A stretch of DNA of 64,000 nt from Prorocentrum cordatum. Taxonomy: Eukaryota. The stretch is from the NCBI GenBank assembly GCA_963575745.1, contig CAUYUJ010000114.1, positions 682,001-746,000 of the forward strand. Reading direction: 5' to 3'. Positions 24,446 to 36,083 of this stretch are shown here, one piece after another (the stretch's first letter is position 1; each line of letters starts with the position of its first letter). Under the pieces are notes generated by a model. The model was not told the origin of the DNA. It saw only the letters and a list, made by a program, of their open reading frames with translations, and did not search any database. The translations under genes were made by a program, and so were the position numbers.

Positions 24446-25402
24446 ATGAAACGCAAGGCAGAGGACGCATGGCGGGAGGTCGCTGTCGGGAAAGCAGCGC
24501 GCCAAGATGGCGCGAGCATGGGGGTGATCTGCGCGACGGGCGGGCTGTGCCGAAGTCACGAGGGAGCAGCGGGATTTGCTCTGGAATGCGAGGAGCGCTG
24601 TGTTGTCTTGGGCGGCGAGATGAGCAATGAAGCCTTCGTGCCCGTCGGAAAGCACCGCCTGTGGATGCTCAAAGTGGTCGGTGGCCACAGTGCCGTGAAG
24701 GGCGCCTTGAGCGAAACAAACTTGTTAGAACAATTGTATGAGAAGCTTCGCGCTGGAGAAGGATACAACGTGGATGAAGCGGCGACTCCTGTGAAAGAGG
24801 CCCCCGCAGCAGCGGGGGTTGCAGCAGGGTCTCCCGCAGCAGCGGGAGAAAAAGGTCGGGATCCCATGGCGGATCTCCTTGGCACCGTCAAGGCCGCATC
24901 GAAAGCGAAGAAAACCCCTGAGAAACAGAAAGGGTTTCCTCGAGGCACGCTCTGCAGAGTAACCATGCCGATGTCTCCTAAGCCAGATGAGGCCGACACG
25001 AAAGAGATTTGTGTGTATGAGAACAAATATGGGCAACTACTCGTTCATAGTCAGGACCTGCCTTGGCTTCTGCATTACCTGTGCGAGGAGAGCCAGGGCA
25101 AAAGCGTCCCCGAACCCAACGACGACGACGAGGTCGACGCTTTGGACGAGAAGCGCCCGTGGACCACCAGGTGGTGCCCGTCTGGGATGTGGACACTGGA
25201 GGTCAAAGGAGGGCCAATGGCAGGCCGAACATGGGCCTCCAGGATTCAGGATCTGAACGAGGAGAAATGGTCCACAGGCGTGGCGTTGACGGAAGTGACG
25301 ACGCCCTTGAAACAGTCCACCCGTGCGCAGCAAAAGCAGGTTCTTCTAGCGTTCTTGGAGGACGTGGTCCAGAAAGCCATCAAACAGGACACACAGCAGT
25401 GA
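24446..25402 (+). CDS. Cargo ORF4, hypothetical protein (318 aa)
   Basis: Intact ORF with complex composition; a partial diverged copy lies at 26309. Confidence 0.7.
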   Translation: MKRKAEDAWREVAVGKAARQDGASMGVICATGGLCRSHEGAAGFALECEERCVVLGGEMSNEAFVPVGKHRLWMLKVVGGHSAVKGALSETNLLEQLYEKLRAGEGYNVDEAATPVKEAPAAAGVAAGSPAAAGEKGRDPMADLLGTVKAASKAKKTPEKQKGFPRGTLCRVTMPMSPKPDEADTKEICVYENKYGQLLVHSQDLPWLLHYLCEESQGKSVPEPNDDDEVDALDEKRPWTTRWCPSGMWTLEVKGGPMAGRTWASRIQDLNEEKWSTGVALTEVTTPLKQSTRAQQKQVLLAFLEDVVQKAIKQDTQQ

Positions 25403-25677
25403 TGCCCTCGTTATCCGCTCGCTGGCGCGCGCCGCAGCAGCGGCGCGCTGACCGCTACAACGGCTTTTTTTGTGCAAACAGACTCGGTGCATGCACCGCA
25501 CCAGCGGCGCGCTGACCGCTGAGGTGGATGCCTGCGGGTTCCTGTCGACTGGACAGGGGTTAGGGCACGCGCGGGGGATCGCGAGCCTGCGGCTCTCCAG
25601 CGCTCGCGCGCTAGAGGACAAAAAGGAACTCGCGGAATCTGGCGAGGACGGGGCGGAGGGGTTGGGACCAGTAGGAT

Positions 25678-25711
<34 letters not shown>

Positions 25712-25771
25712 AGGAGGAGCAACAGCAGCAGCAACATCACACTAGCAGCACCGACAGGAGGATCATTGCGA

Positions 25772-26140
25772 GGATGCGGCCGTTTGCTTGCCCTGCGGCG
25801 CTGGGCTCGAGACAAGAGGGCGGCCGCGTGCGCGCGCGCATGGCTTCCGCATCGTGGCCGCCGCAGCCGCTCCGCCCCCAGACCCAGGCGACGCTCGCCC
25901 TGCAAACGCGCCTCTGCGGGTCGGGCACGACCGCGAGGTCAACGAATGTGGAGTTTTTATAGCAACACGACAAAACTAAAGACCCCGACAGAGTGCTCAT
26001 GAATCCACGGAAACTACAGAGACCAATATTCGGATTCGGGTAATTACGTTATGCGCCGCAGCAGCGGCGCGGCTTGCCATTATGAATATGGCAAACGCAC
26101 ATGGAAGAATATTCATTTATGCTCGCAGTGGCCGTGGAAA
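25772..26140 (+). repeat. Degenerate duplicate of the transposase gene 5' region (27650-28010)
   Basis: GATGCGGCCGTTTGCTTGCCCTGC...GCTCGCAGTGGCCGTG occurs in both; offset ~1878 bp. Confidence 0.85.
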
Positions 26141-26308
26141 AGCGACCACAAGAAGTGGTTAGGTTTTGGAGTCCGATGAGAAGTAGGAGGATTTGTTCGA
26201 GACGAGGAGTCCGCTTTCCATAGCCGTTTTCAGGCGGATCACCAGTGAGGGGAGTTGACACCTAGAACGCGGGCGCCTTCGCAGCAGCGAGGGCTTGCGC
26301 GCGGCGGC

Positions 26309-26800
26309 ATGAAACGCAAGGCATCGGAAACATGGCGGGATGTCGTTATCGGGAAAGCAGCGCGCCAAGATGACGCGAGCATGGGGGTGCTCTGCGCGAC
26401 GGGCGGACTGTGCCGAAGTCACGAGGGAACATCGGGATTTGCTCTGGAATTTGAGGAGCGCTATGTTCCCTTTGGCGGCGAGGAAAACCTAGAAGCCTTC
26501 GTGCCCGTCGGAAAGCACCGCCTGTGCATGCTCAAGGTGGTCCGTGGTCTCAGTGCCGTGAAGGGCGCCTTGAACGAAACGACAATGTTAGAGCAAGTGC
26601 TTGGGAAGCTTCGCGTCGGAGAAGGAGGCAACGTGGATGAAGCGTCGACTCCTGTGAAAAACGCTTCCGCAGCAGCGGGGGTTGCAGCAGGATCTCCCGC
26701 AGCAGCGGGAGAAAAAGGTCGGGATCCCATGGCGGATCTCCTCGGAACCGTGAAGGGCGCATCGAAAGCGAAGCAGGTGGCGGCGCGTCGCCAACCATAG
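26309..26800 (+). pseudogene. Truncated duplicate of cargo ORF4
   Basis: MKRKASETWRDVVIGKAARQ...ADLLGTVKGASKAK parallels ORF4, then a short insertion introduces TAG. Similarity is lost after ~26845. Confidence 0.8.
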
Positions 26801-27731
26801 AAAACCCCTGAGAAACAGAAAATATTGTCTCGAGGCACGCTCTGCCTCTCGCTCCGTGCGGTCGTCTTGGGCGGCGTCGGGCCTCCGCTGACTGATTACA
26901 TGATGCATATATGTATATATTGTGTATGTATGGTGTGTCGACGTATATGTATGTACATACGTATATGTGTGTATTTATATATATGTATGTATATATAACA
27001 CGGTCGCAGGGGCGTGGCCCGCGGCCCAGGGCGGGGCCCGAGACTCTGGGACAGGACATAGGGCCTCATCATCGTAGGATGCTCATCATTCTCATCATCG
27101 CCATGATGGGGGGGGAGGAGGGGACAGCTACCAGCTGCGCGCTGGCGCCACCGCCGCTCCCCCGCGCCCGCTGGCGCATCCGCAGTGCGGCTGCGGGAGG
27201 GGCTGCGCCTCAATTCCTGCAGAGGCGGCCTGCAGGGATGTTGCACTTTTGGCGTCTAGTACAAACGCCCGAGCGGCCCGCTTTTTTTTGGGGGGGGCTC
27301 TTGCTTCACGGTGGAAGAGGAGACTATCATCATCCCCCGTGCCGCGTTCGCCTTCCCTCGACGACGATGTCGACGACTTCCTACATTCTGGCCTTGTTTT
27401 CTGGGGAGTGTTCTCGGAGTCGTTCGGGGCGTTCGTTCGTGTGCGCATGCTTCTGAGTTTTCGGCGCGTCGTTCGGGCCGCTCGTCCTGGTGTGAGTCGT
27501 TCGGGCCCCTCCTCACCAGCCCATCTCACAGCAGCAACCCTCGCGAAGCATGCCGACGGTCGTGTTTTTTCAGGCGTGTGTCCGCTGGTCCCCGCATATC
27601 TCCCTTGTTCCTCGTTCCTCCCGCCCCCTTGTACATCCTCCTTGTGGGGGGATGCGGCCGTTTGCTTGCCCTGCAGCGCTGGGCTCGAGACCAGAGGGCG
27701 GCCGCGTGCGCGCGCGCATGGCTTCGGCATC

Positions 27732-29192
27732 ATGGCAGCCGCAGCCGCTCCGCCTCCAGACCCAGGAGACGCTCGCCCTGCAAACGCGCCTCTGCGAGTC
27801 GGGCACGACCGCGAGGCCAGCGAATTTGTGGAGTTTTGGTACCAAGAAGACAAAAAGAAAGACCCCGACTTCGTGCTCATGAACCCACGGAAACTAAAGG
27901 GGACAATATTCGGATTCGGGTACGTTATGCGCCGCAGCAGCGGCGCGGCTTGCCATTATGACTCTGGCAGACGCATGTGTAAGAAGATTCATTTCTGCTC
28001 GCAGTGGCCGTGTCCCAGCGACCATCGTCTGGCGGACGGTTCCGTGGACTACAATAAGTGGTCAGACTTGCAAGCGCCCTGGCATTTAGTGCAATGCGCG
28101 GGCGGGTGGCCCGCAGGAGCGGGAGCCCCCGCAGCAGCGGAGGCGCCGGCCGAGGCGTGCGAGGCCCCTGCTGAAGCGGCAGCGGAGCCGTCGGTGGGCC
28201 CTGCTGAAGGCCCCGCAGCAGCGGGGCCGTCAGCGGAGGCGTGCGTGGCCCCTGCTGAAGTGGCAGCGGAGCCGTATGTGGGCTCTTCTGACGGCCCCGC
28301 AGCAGCGGGTGCGTCAGCGGAAGCGTGCGCGCCTCCTCCTGAAGTGGCGGCGGCGCCGTGCGCGTGCCCTTCTGCAGAGCCCGCCACAGCGGAGGCGTCC
28401 GTAGGTCCTGCTGGCGCGCCTGGCGCCGACGCAATCGCCGAGGCCGCTTCCGCAGTGGAGTCTGTCTTGAAGGACTCCGCGGCAACAGCAGCTCTCGCAG
28501 CAAAGGAGGTTGCCCCTGTCGCTTTCCCCCAACCCGCCCCGCTTGCTGTTCGCGACGTAGCGGAACCCGTGCTTCCAGGGGCGGAAGTTGCGGCAGTTAC
28601 CGCCTGTGAACAGACAGCCGCGACAGCAGGCGCTGCGGTTGCCCCTGCAGGCGCCCCCGCAGTAGCGGGGGCGCCTGCAGGGGCACTTTCAGAACAAGGC
28701 CAGAGGTGCTTCGAGAAATTGATGAAGCTGTCGCGCAGTATTCGCGGAAGGCCGGGGGGAGGCCGAGAGTGGATAGGATATTCTGCTTTCGTAATCTTTG
28801 CGCTGTTGCGGAAGGTGCGCGTCTACGTGTGGGAAGGACGCAACAGAGTCGACCTTTGCAAAGCTGTCTTGCCGCCGTGGAAACTAGAGGAGTTAACCCG
28901 CGAGCCTGCGGTGGACGCGATCGCGTGTTGCGCCGTCCCCCGAGACTCGGGGCCACCGGACTGGGCCCCCGTGTCGGAGGAGTATCCTTTGTTTCGATGC
29001 AATCATTTTATCGCAGGCGTCTCCACCGACTTTGTGGATTTCACGGGAGATGCTTCGACGGTGGACGGTTTCTATTCGGCTCTCGGTGTGTTCGTCGTGT
29101 CCACAGTCGCAGACGGGGACTGCGGTTTGGATTGCATGTTGCAGATGACCCAGGAGGTTTCCACGCGAGAGTCTCGCAGGGAGCTCCGCCAG
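27732..29192 (+). CDS. Transposase gene exon 1 (small Cys/His region, Ala/Pro/Glu repeat, OTU-like domain)
   Basis: In frame from ATG 27732. Ends ...TVADGDCGLDCM...RELRQ at CAG|GA and splices in frame to DIADYI at 29367. Confidence 0.7.
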
Positions 29193-29366
29193 GACAGTTG
29201 CTCTCTCCGACCACCCTGATCCTTCGCTTCCATCTCTGCTGCCCCCACATGCTCTTCCCCTCCTTGTCTCCCCATTCTGCCTTCATGCCTCTCCCATCCC
29301 GCCCTTCTCTCCCCTCGTGCCCTCCCCACCGAGTCTCCTTGCCCCTCCTCCATGCCCGCCCGCCAG

Positions 29367-32300
29367 GACATCGCGGACTACATCGTGCAAAGGGCGCGGC
29401 TGGCGTGGTTCCTCGACGCGATGGTCCTGACACAAGAAGTCACGCAGGATGACGTCCAGGAGCTTCGTCGCCTGCAGAGCGCCTTAGACGACGAAGAACT
29501 TGTCCCGCAGCCTGGCCACGCCGCCCCTCCGAGAGCACAGGGCGTTGCCGCCGCAGCAGCGGCGGCGCCACCTGAGGACTTGGCCGTGGTGGAAGTCGAC
29601 GCCGAGGCTGTCTGTCAGGAGCTCGTGCAAGCCATCCAATGGTGGACAGGACTGACAGACGCTGCGTGCGCCCTGGACGTCGCTCGGGAGTTGATGCCCG
29701 CAGAGCGGGAGGAGCAGCTCTTGAGGTACAGGAACCGCGGCTGCGAGCGCAAAGCCCCCGCCCAAAACAAGAAGCGCGTGGTGGTCCCGTCGCTCCTGTG
29801 CTCGAGGATGGAGATAGCGGGTGCTTTCGACGAGCACATGCGCTCTTTAGGCTGGACGCCTGGAGACCGCTTTCCGTATGGAGGGGCGCGTTCATTCATG
29901 GATGCGTGGGACTGGGGTTCCATGTCCCGTCTCCCTCTCAGGAAGCGCACGCACGTTGTGCGGCGCTGGCACAAGGCTTTTCTGTCGTCGAAATACGCCT
30001 CCGCAGTAGCGGAGGCTGTTCGGCAGCCGCGGGGACACGAGAAGCAGCACGGGCAGGGGCGCCTCCTGAAGTGGAAAGGGCGGAAAAGGATACCACAACA
30101 GGGACAGGGCCCAGCTCGAAAATGCCCTTGGTTGCGGCAAGCTCTGTTTGAATGGTGGAGTTCCATTCGGCACAGTGTGGATTGGAAGATGATCAAAAGT
30201 GGACTGCGAAGTACCCAAAGAGAGCCAGCGAAGATAGCAAGGTTCACGCAAAGCATGCTCCAGACCAAAGCGTTGGAGCTCATGAGCGAGTACGTCACGC
30301 AGCAGCTGCGGATCGGGCAGCGACCCGCCGCCGTGGAGTTGAGGTCGCGCTGGTGGGCCTCCTGGCGCAAGGAATACGGCCTCAGCATGCGGTACCCGAA
30401 CAGGAAGTACAAGTGCCCGCTGCCCGTCTTGGAAGAGCGCCTCGAGCGAGGCTGGCTGAACGTGTTTAGGGTGCGCGCCGCGTGCGTGCTACTCAACGAG
30501 CAGGATCCCGAGATGGAGAACTTCGACCAGTCGCCTTTCCACCACAATGAAACAGGATCAGCTGGCGTGAGGACCCTCGCAGTAGCGGGGGTCGAAGTGC
30601 CACTGGTGGAGTGCCACGGCGCGGTGCGGGAGCGGTGGACGGCCAATTTCATGACAATGAGCGACAAGGATCGACTGCGGAGAGAAGGCCCCCCACCGAT
30701 GGAGTGCACGTTCAAGGCGGAGGGGGGAGGAGAGAAGTTGAGGCCGCGCCTGCTCGAACACCTTCGGCGCCGAGGGTTCGGCAGATGGGTGTCGGCGACC
30801 ACCAGCACCAAGGGGTCTTACCGGACACCGTGCGTGCTCGCGTACCTGGACCGCCACCTCCCTCATCTGCCAGAGCCTCCGCAGCAGCGGGAGTGGAGAA
30901 TTATGATGGCGGATGATCATGGCCCTCACTTGTCCCCGCTTGTGAGTAAGCTATGTTGGTCTCGAGGGTACGTGTTCATCCCGCACGGGGGCGGCGTAAC
31001 CCCAATCCTCCAAACTGTGGACACACATCTGAATCAACACGCCAAGCGCGAGTACATGAAGAGAGAAGGAGCCGCGCTGCTGAGAGCCATGAGGCTGGGC
31101 CAGTGCGTCCCACAGCTGGACAAGTTAGAATGCATTGACTTGATGGTGGAAGTGATGTCCCAAATGAGTCTTCACTTGGCTGCGGCAGACGGGTACTGGG
31201 AAACTGGTTTCAAGGCAAATCTGTGGGATGCGGACTTGGACGCGCGCATATGCAAGGAGGCAGGCCATTTCTGGAGAAAGTTGGGGATGCGTAAGAAGGT
31301 CGCCGCCGCAGTAGCGGAGGTCGAAGAAGAGGTGCAGGCGGGGCGCTTGAGATGGACTTACAAAGACATCATGCGATTGGTCCTCCCGCACCCTCGACGC
31401 GGCCACTGCGACGACGTGTTCGCAAACCTTGGAGACGACGCGGCTCTGGACGAGGGCGACAAGATTTGGCATGGCATGGAGGGGGCGGAAGACGCAGCCG
31501 AGGGTCTCCGCAGCAGCGGGGGCACTGAGGGTGGCAATTCCGTCGACGCCCTCGAAGGAGATGAAGATGATGGGAGCGAGGACGACGACGGGTGGAGCGC
31601 CGCTGGCGAGTTTGACTACGAATGGGCCAATCAAAGTCTCACCGCAGCAGCGGCGGGGGAGAGCGCGCTGGAGGCACCGCCTGGCCTGTCGACGTCTCGT
31701 ATGGAAACTGCGGAGCAGACGTCTGAATTGATGAGAACGTATTCGTCGATCGCTGAGGAGTTGCGCAGCTGGGGCGACATCGCGGGGGCCACGTTCATGG
31801 AGACGCAATTACGGAAAGAACGGAGGCGAGTGCGTGAAGTGTCGAAGGAAGATCCTGGGGTTCAGCGAGCCCTCGCAGCATACGAGGACGCCCGCGAGGC
31901 GACGCTCAGAAACGAGAAACGACAGCGGGATGTCGAGGCGCGGCGCAGAGAAGAGCTAACCCGCCTGGGGGACGACGTAAAGAAAGCGCGCAAGCTGCTG
32001 AGGACACAGCAAGCCAAACTCTTAGACGCAGAGGCAGCCATAGATATCAAACACAGGATGAAGCATGTCGGGTTATCCGAGCTGGGCGCGGGCCTTCGCA
32101 GCTGCGGAGGCGTGGCGGGTCGAACGTCGAGGTACGACGCGCTGAATCGCCTTGCGATTTTGGGTTCTGGGCTTTCTGCAGCTCAGCGGTCAGATTTTGA
32201 CTGGTTTCGGCGGGAATGGGACGCCGCTGGCATGGAGGACTTCGGTGGAAAGTGGCCGGAGACGTTTGCCACATGGTTGCAGAACGTCATAGACGAGTAC

Positions 32301-32405
32301 TTGGGGGGCAACCCGAGAGCTTTCAGCATGTTTGTGCACAGTGAGACGCGACGCCGTCTGTCTGGCTCCCTGGCGCTTGCGCTCCCTGCAGCTGGGGGCC
32401 TCTGA
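29367..32405 (+). CDS. Pogo-like DDE_1 (DD35D) transposase, exon 2
   Basis: Motifs NFDQSPF, IMMADDHGPH and GVTPILQTVD, with 35 residues between D2 and D3. Preceded by a CENP-B-type HTH-like region (LRQALFEWW...SRWWASWRKEYGLSMR) and followed by acidic and coiled-coil tails. Confidence 0.88.
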   Translation, partial: DIADYIVQRARLAWFLDAMVLTQEVTQDDVQELRRLQSALDDEELVPQPGHAAPPRAQGVAAAAAAAPPEDLAVVEVDAEAVCQELVQAIQWWTGLTDAACALDVARELMPAEREEQLLRYRNRGCERKAPAQNKKRVVVPSLLCSRMEIAGAFDEHMRSLGWTPGDRFPYGGARSFMDAWDWGSMSRLPLRKRTHVVRRWHKAFLSSKYASAVAEAVRQPRGHEKQHGQGRLLKWKGRKRIPQQGQGPARKCPWLRQALFEWWSSIRHSVDWKMIKSGLRSTQREPAKIARFTQSMLQTKALELMSEYVTQQLRIGQRPAAVELRSRWWASWRKEYGLSMRYPNRKYKCPLPVLEERLERGWLNVFRVRAACVLLNEQDPEMENFDQSPFHHNETGSAGVRTLAVAGVEVPLVECHGAVRERWTANFMTMSDKDRLRREGPPPMECTFKAEGGGEKLRPRLLEHLRRRGFGRWVSATTSTKGSYRTPCVLAYLDRHLPHLPEPPQQREWRIMMADDHGPHLSPLVSKLCWSRGYVFIPHGGGVTPILQTVDTHLNQHAKREYMKREGAALLRAMRLGQCVPQLDKLECIDLMVEVMSQMSLHLAAADGYWETGFKANLWDADLDARICKEAGHFWRKLGMRKKVAAAVAEVEEEVQAGRLRWTYKDIMRLVLPHPRRGHCDDVFANLGDDAALDEGDKIWHGMEGAEDAAEGLRSSGGTEGGNSVDALEGDEDDGSEDDDGWSAAGEFDYEWANQSLTAAAAGESALEAPPGLSTSRMETAEQTSELMRTYSSIAEELRSWGDIAGATFMETQLRKERRRVREVSKEDPGVQRALAAYEDAREATLRNEKRQRDVEARRREELTRLGDDVKKARKLLRTQQAKLLDAEAAIDIKHRMKHVGLSELGAGLRSCGGVAGRTSRYDALNRLAILGSGLSAAQRSDFDWFRREWDAAGMEDFGGKWPETFATWLQNVIDEYLGGNPRAFSMFVHSETRRRLSGSLALALPAAGGL

Positions 32406-32689
32406 GAGGCGCGGCCCGCCGCAGCAGCGGCGAGGCGCGGGGTGTGAGTTCGGGCAGCAGCCGCTGCTCTTCCACCTGCCTGCGACTGAGGTGCCGCGTG
32501 CGCGCGCGGACGTAGCGCAGGCCTTGCGCAGAAGAAACAGGGAGGAGGGGGGGCGGGGGAGGAGGTGAGAGGAGGGGGAGAGCAGGCAGGGGGAGAAAAC
32601 CACGCGGGTGTCGATCACTCCGCCTCTCCTCCTGCTCTCCCCCCTCCTTCTCCCTGATCTCTCTTGGTCATTATATCATTCCTCTCTCT

Positions 32690-32905
<216 letters not shown>

Positions 32906-33034
32906 CCCGCCCTTTCCTTCCCTATCCGCCCCGTCTTCCTCCTCTTCGCCCCGCCCCCCTCCTTCCACCGCCGTTTCGGCCCCAGGAGTTCGGCTCTGAC
33001 GGCCGCCCCCCCTGCAACGCGGGGGCAGGGAGCG

Positions 33035-35016
33035 ATGGCCGCGGCCGCCAGCAGCAGCAGCAGCCCATTGGGCCCCGCAGCAGCGGGGCCTCGGGGCCGA
33101 CTGACGGCAGTGTTCACAGCGAAATCTGGGAAGGTTTGGCGACCTGTAGGTGGTCAGGCAGAACCCTGGAAGGGTCCTTGGGCCACTGTGCCAGAGAGAA
33201 CCCCCGCAGCAGCGGGGGCTGCGCGGCCTGGCGTCTCAAGCTCAGCAGCGGCGGCGCGATCAGAAGTTTCTACGATACGCACCCGCCCAGGCGACTCCGT
33301 GGTGGGTCCGAGCGACGACGAAGAGCCTCAGGAATTTAGGGGCTGCAGGCCGCCCAACGATGTCGAGCGGCGCGAATGCCGTCTTCGCGACACCGTCCCG
33401 CCAAAGTTCTTCTGCGAAAGAAGAGCGGCTGACGTGAACAGGCCACGGAACGACAACGTGGGCAACCTTTCCGTCCTGTTCGGGAACTGGGGCTCCATGC
33501 CGAGCGAGACCAACCACGCGGACCAGCGGCGGAGACTTGAGTTGCAGCTGCGGCATTGCCCTGCTCTCGTGGCGTGCTTTGCGGAATGTGAGGAGCAGAT
33601 GGAGTCAATCCTACAGCGGCCAGGGAGACCACCGCCGCTGCAGGCGGACGCCCCCGCAGCAGCGGGGGCGTCAGCAGCGGAGGGCCAAAGCAGCAGCAGC
33701 GGTGGGCCTTTTGTCGCCCCCGCAGCAGCGATGGCGACAGCAAGAGGAAGTCGTGCTGCGAGTGTTGGCGATTGCCAACAGCTCCAGAATCGACCAGAGT
33801 ACGAATACTTGACCCTGCGCGGGCGTGAGGACAAGTCCTTGTGCATCGCTGCGCGCGCAAATCTGTGTTACGAAATGCGGCTGCTCCACTGGGAAAGGAG
33901 TGTCGACGGCCACTACAGAACAGCAAGAGGGCGCAAGATGGAAGCGTTCTCGAGGATCATGGTGGTTGAGCTCTACTTCGATCAAACCTACGCCCACTTC
34001 GGCTCGAAAGTGCGGGCGCGCGCGGTGCACCTCCACCGCGACACGGCGAAAAATTCCAGAGGCTTTAACGAGGCTCACAAGACGTGGCGGCCGAGGTTGG
34101 CGACCATCTTGCAGGACAACAGCGTTGACATCCTTTGTGGGGATTTCAACATGGCGCTCACACAGACGCTGCCGAGTCTTCGGGGTCTAGGCATGCGATT
34201 GGAGACGGCAGCAGCGTACTTCTGGCGCGGATTGGACGGCACTCCGTGCTTGGACAGCTGCGGCATCTTCGTTCTCAACAGGCCTGGCGAGTACACCCTG
34301 TGCTGGCCGCTGAGCGCCGTGCACGACAGAGACGAGACGGGGTTGCTCTTCGCACGCAAGTCGGTGATCGGTGAGATCGGGTACCGTAACAGAAGCTAGG
34401 CAGAGGCCCCCGCAGCAGCGGGGGCCGCCACCAGCCCATCATCGCAGCCGACGTACTGGCACCACAGCCAGAACGGAGGCCCTGGGATGCCTTACTCTTG
34501 CTACTACCCGAAAAAAGACGCCCGCGAGCACCTCCAGGATTTACTGACTCAGTCAGAGGAATGCCAACGCAAGATCCAAGAGAAGGAGAGTGAGAAACTG
34601 AGGCGCGCCGAGGCTGAGGCTAGAGGGGGCCACCGCTTCTCGAGTAATCGCGGGGTGACCCTCTTCCGCGCGTTGCAGAAGACGTTCCCGCCAGAGACCG
34701 TGGAGGTGGAGGGGCGCTGGCACGGCGGCGCCCACTACCCTCTCCTGTTCCAAATGCGCATGGCCTGCGTGCGTTCGCCGGGGAGGAAGCGGGAGAGAGC
34801 CAAAGAGAAGAAAGACAGGCGCGCCCAGAAACAGCTGGCAGCTGCGCTCAGGGCGCCGCTGCCGCCCGAGCAGCACGGGCCCGAGCGCCAGGCACCAGAG
34901 CAGCACAGCGAGAGGGACGAGCAAGACGAGCGCGCCCAACAGGCGTGGCGCCCACCAAGATGGGCAGACGAAAGCGCGGACGACGGCCGCGACATGCCCG
35001 CGGCTGGCGATGGAAG
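33035..35016 (+). CDS. Cargo exonuclease/endonuclease/phosphatase (EEP)-fold protein, exon 1, with one in-frame TAG at 34397-34399
   Basis: EEP motifs in order: VLFGNW, FAECE, VHLH, ILCGDFN and GAHYPL. ORFs 33035-34399 and 34487-35104 share a frame and are separated by a single TAG. Confidence 0.7.
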
Positions 35017-35202
35017 GTCGCGGCGGGGGGTTGAAAGGGGGAGGGGGGGAGAGGGGCGGTGGAGCACGGGGAGGGCAGGAGGGAGGAGAGGGAATGAGGA
35101 ATAGGCTGAGCAGGACGAGGGATGACATAAGGAAATGAGTGTCGGGAAGGGGCGGGAGTTGACAGGGAGGGGATATAGAAATAATTATTTATCACCCCCC
35201 AG

Positions 35203-35749
35203 GTGGCAGCCGACCCCGCAGTGCCCATCTCCAGGGCCTGCGCCGCTGGAGCAGCGAGGGCAGCGCGGCGCCGCCATCTACATCTCGGACGCGATCGCTG
35301 CCCTCGGCCACGAGCCGCCAGAGCCCCCGCAGCAGTGGAGGCCACAAACGCCACGGCAGCAACCAACAGACGAGGAGTGGCGCAGGGATGAGTGGTGGCG
35401 CACCAAGGAGGGCGAGGAGCGCGAGTGGCAACAGCCGAGCGGCGAGGCTTCCTCGCTGCAGGACCGCATGGTCGACTCCGCCTGGCGCGACATGCAAGTT
35501 GCATTCGGCAGCGACCAACGCCCCAGTGACTGGTGGAGCAGCCGCAGTGGGTGGAGTAGCGGCCAGGGGCACTGGGAGGTCGCGACCACGACTTGGAGGT
35601 GGGTCGAACCCCCCCCCCCGAACCCAATCCCTGGGAAAAGCTTAGTTGAACCATCGCACAGGAGCCGCCCCTCCGCAGCAGCGGAGGGAGGCCTCATCGG
35701 CCGAACGTCGACCCTCCGCAGCAGCGGAGGCCTTGCCAATGCATCGTGA
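35203..35749 (+). CDS. Probable last exon of the EEP gene (W-rich low-complexity tail)
   Basis: A GT-AG intron at 35017-35202 joins ...GDG-R to WQPTPQ in frame (AG|G at both junctions). Confidence 0.5.
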
Positions 35750-35959
35750 GCGGCGGCGACTCGCGCGCGCCGTCGTGCTCGGCGACCGCTGCCCGAGCGG
35801 AGAAGGAAAAAGAATCGGTGCTTTCATCGGTGCTGTCGTTGCCTCCTCTCCTTCATCGTTTTCTTCTCCCTCCCCCTCCAATCCCCCATCCCGCTATCAC
35901 ATTTTATCGTCTCCAATCGTATCGGGAGCTCCCGTGGCAGAAGAGCACCCAGAACGAGG

Positions 35960-36044
35960 TCCTCCGTGACAGAGGGGGGGCATCTCAGACCCCCTCTGTG
36001 ACAGAGGGGGGGCATCTTAGACCCCCTCTGTGACAGAGGGGGGG
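35960..36044. repeat. Right subterminal palindrome array (3 copies)
   Basis: Centres at 35968, 36000 and 36032 (period 32 bp). Confidence 0.9.
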
Positions 36045-36054
36045 CCAAAAAAAC

Positions 36055-36083
36055 AAATGATCACTTTAATGCGGCTTCTGGAT
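36055..36083 (-). repeat. Right terminal inverted repeat
   Basis: AAATGATCACTTTAATGCGGCTTCTGGAT, followed by TA. Confidence 0.95.

Noticed and set aside
33035..34399. LINE retrotransposon ORF2
   Set aside because: The EEP domain is not followed by reverse transcriptase or a poly(A) tail, and it carries the hairpin motif of the DNA transposon.
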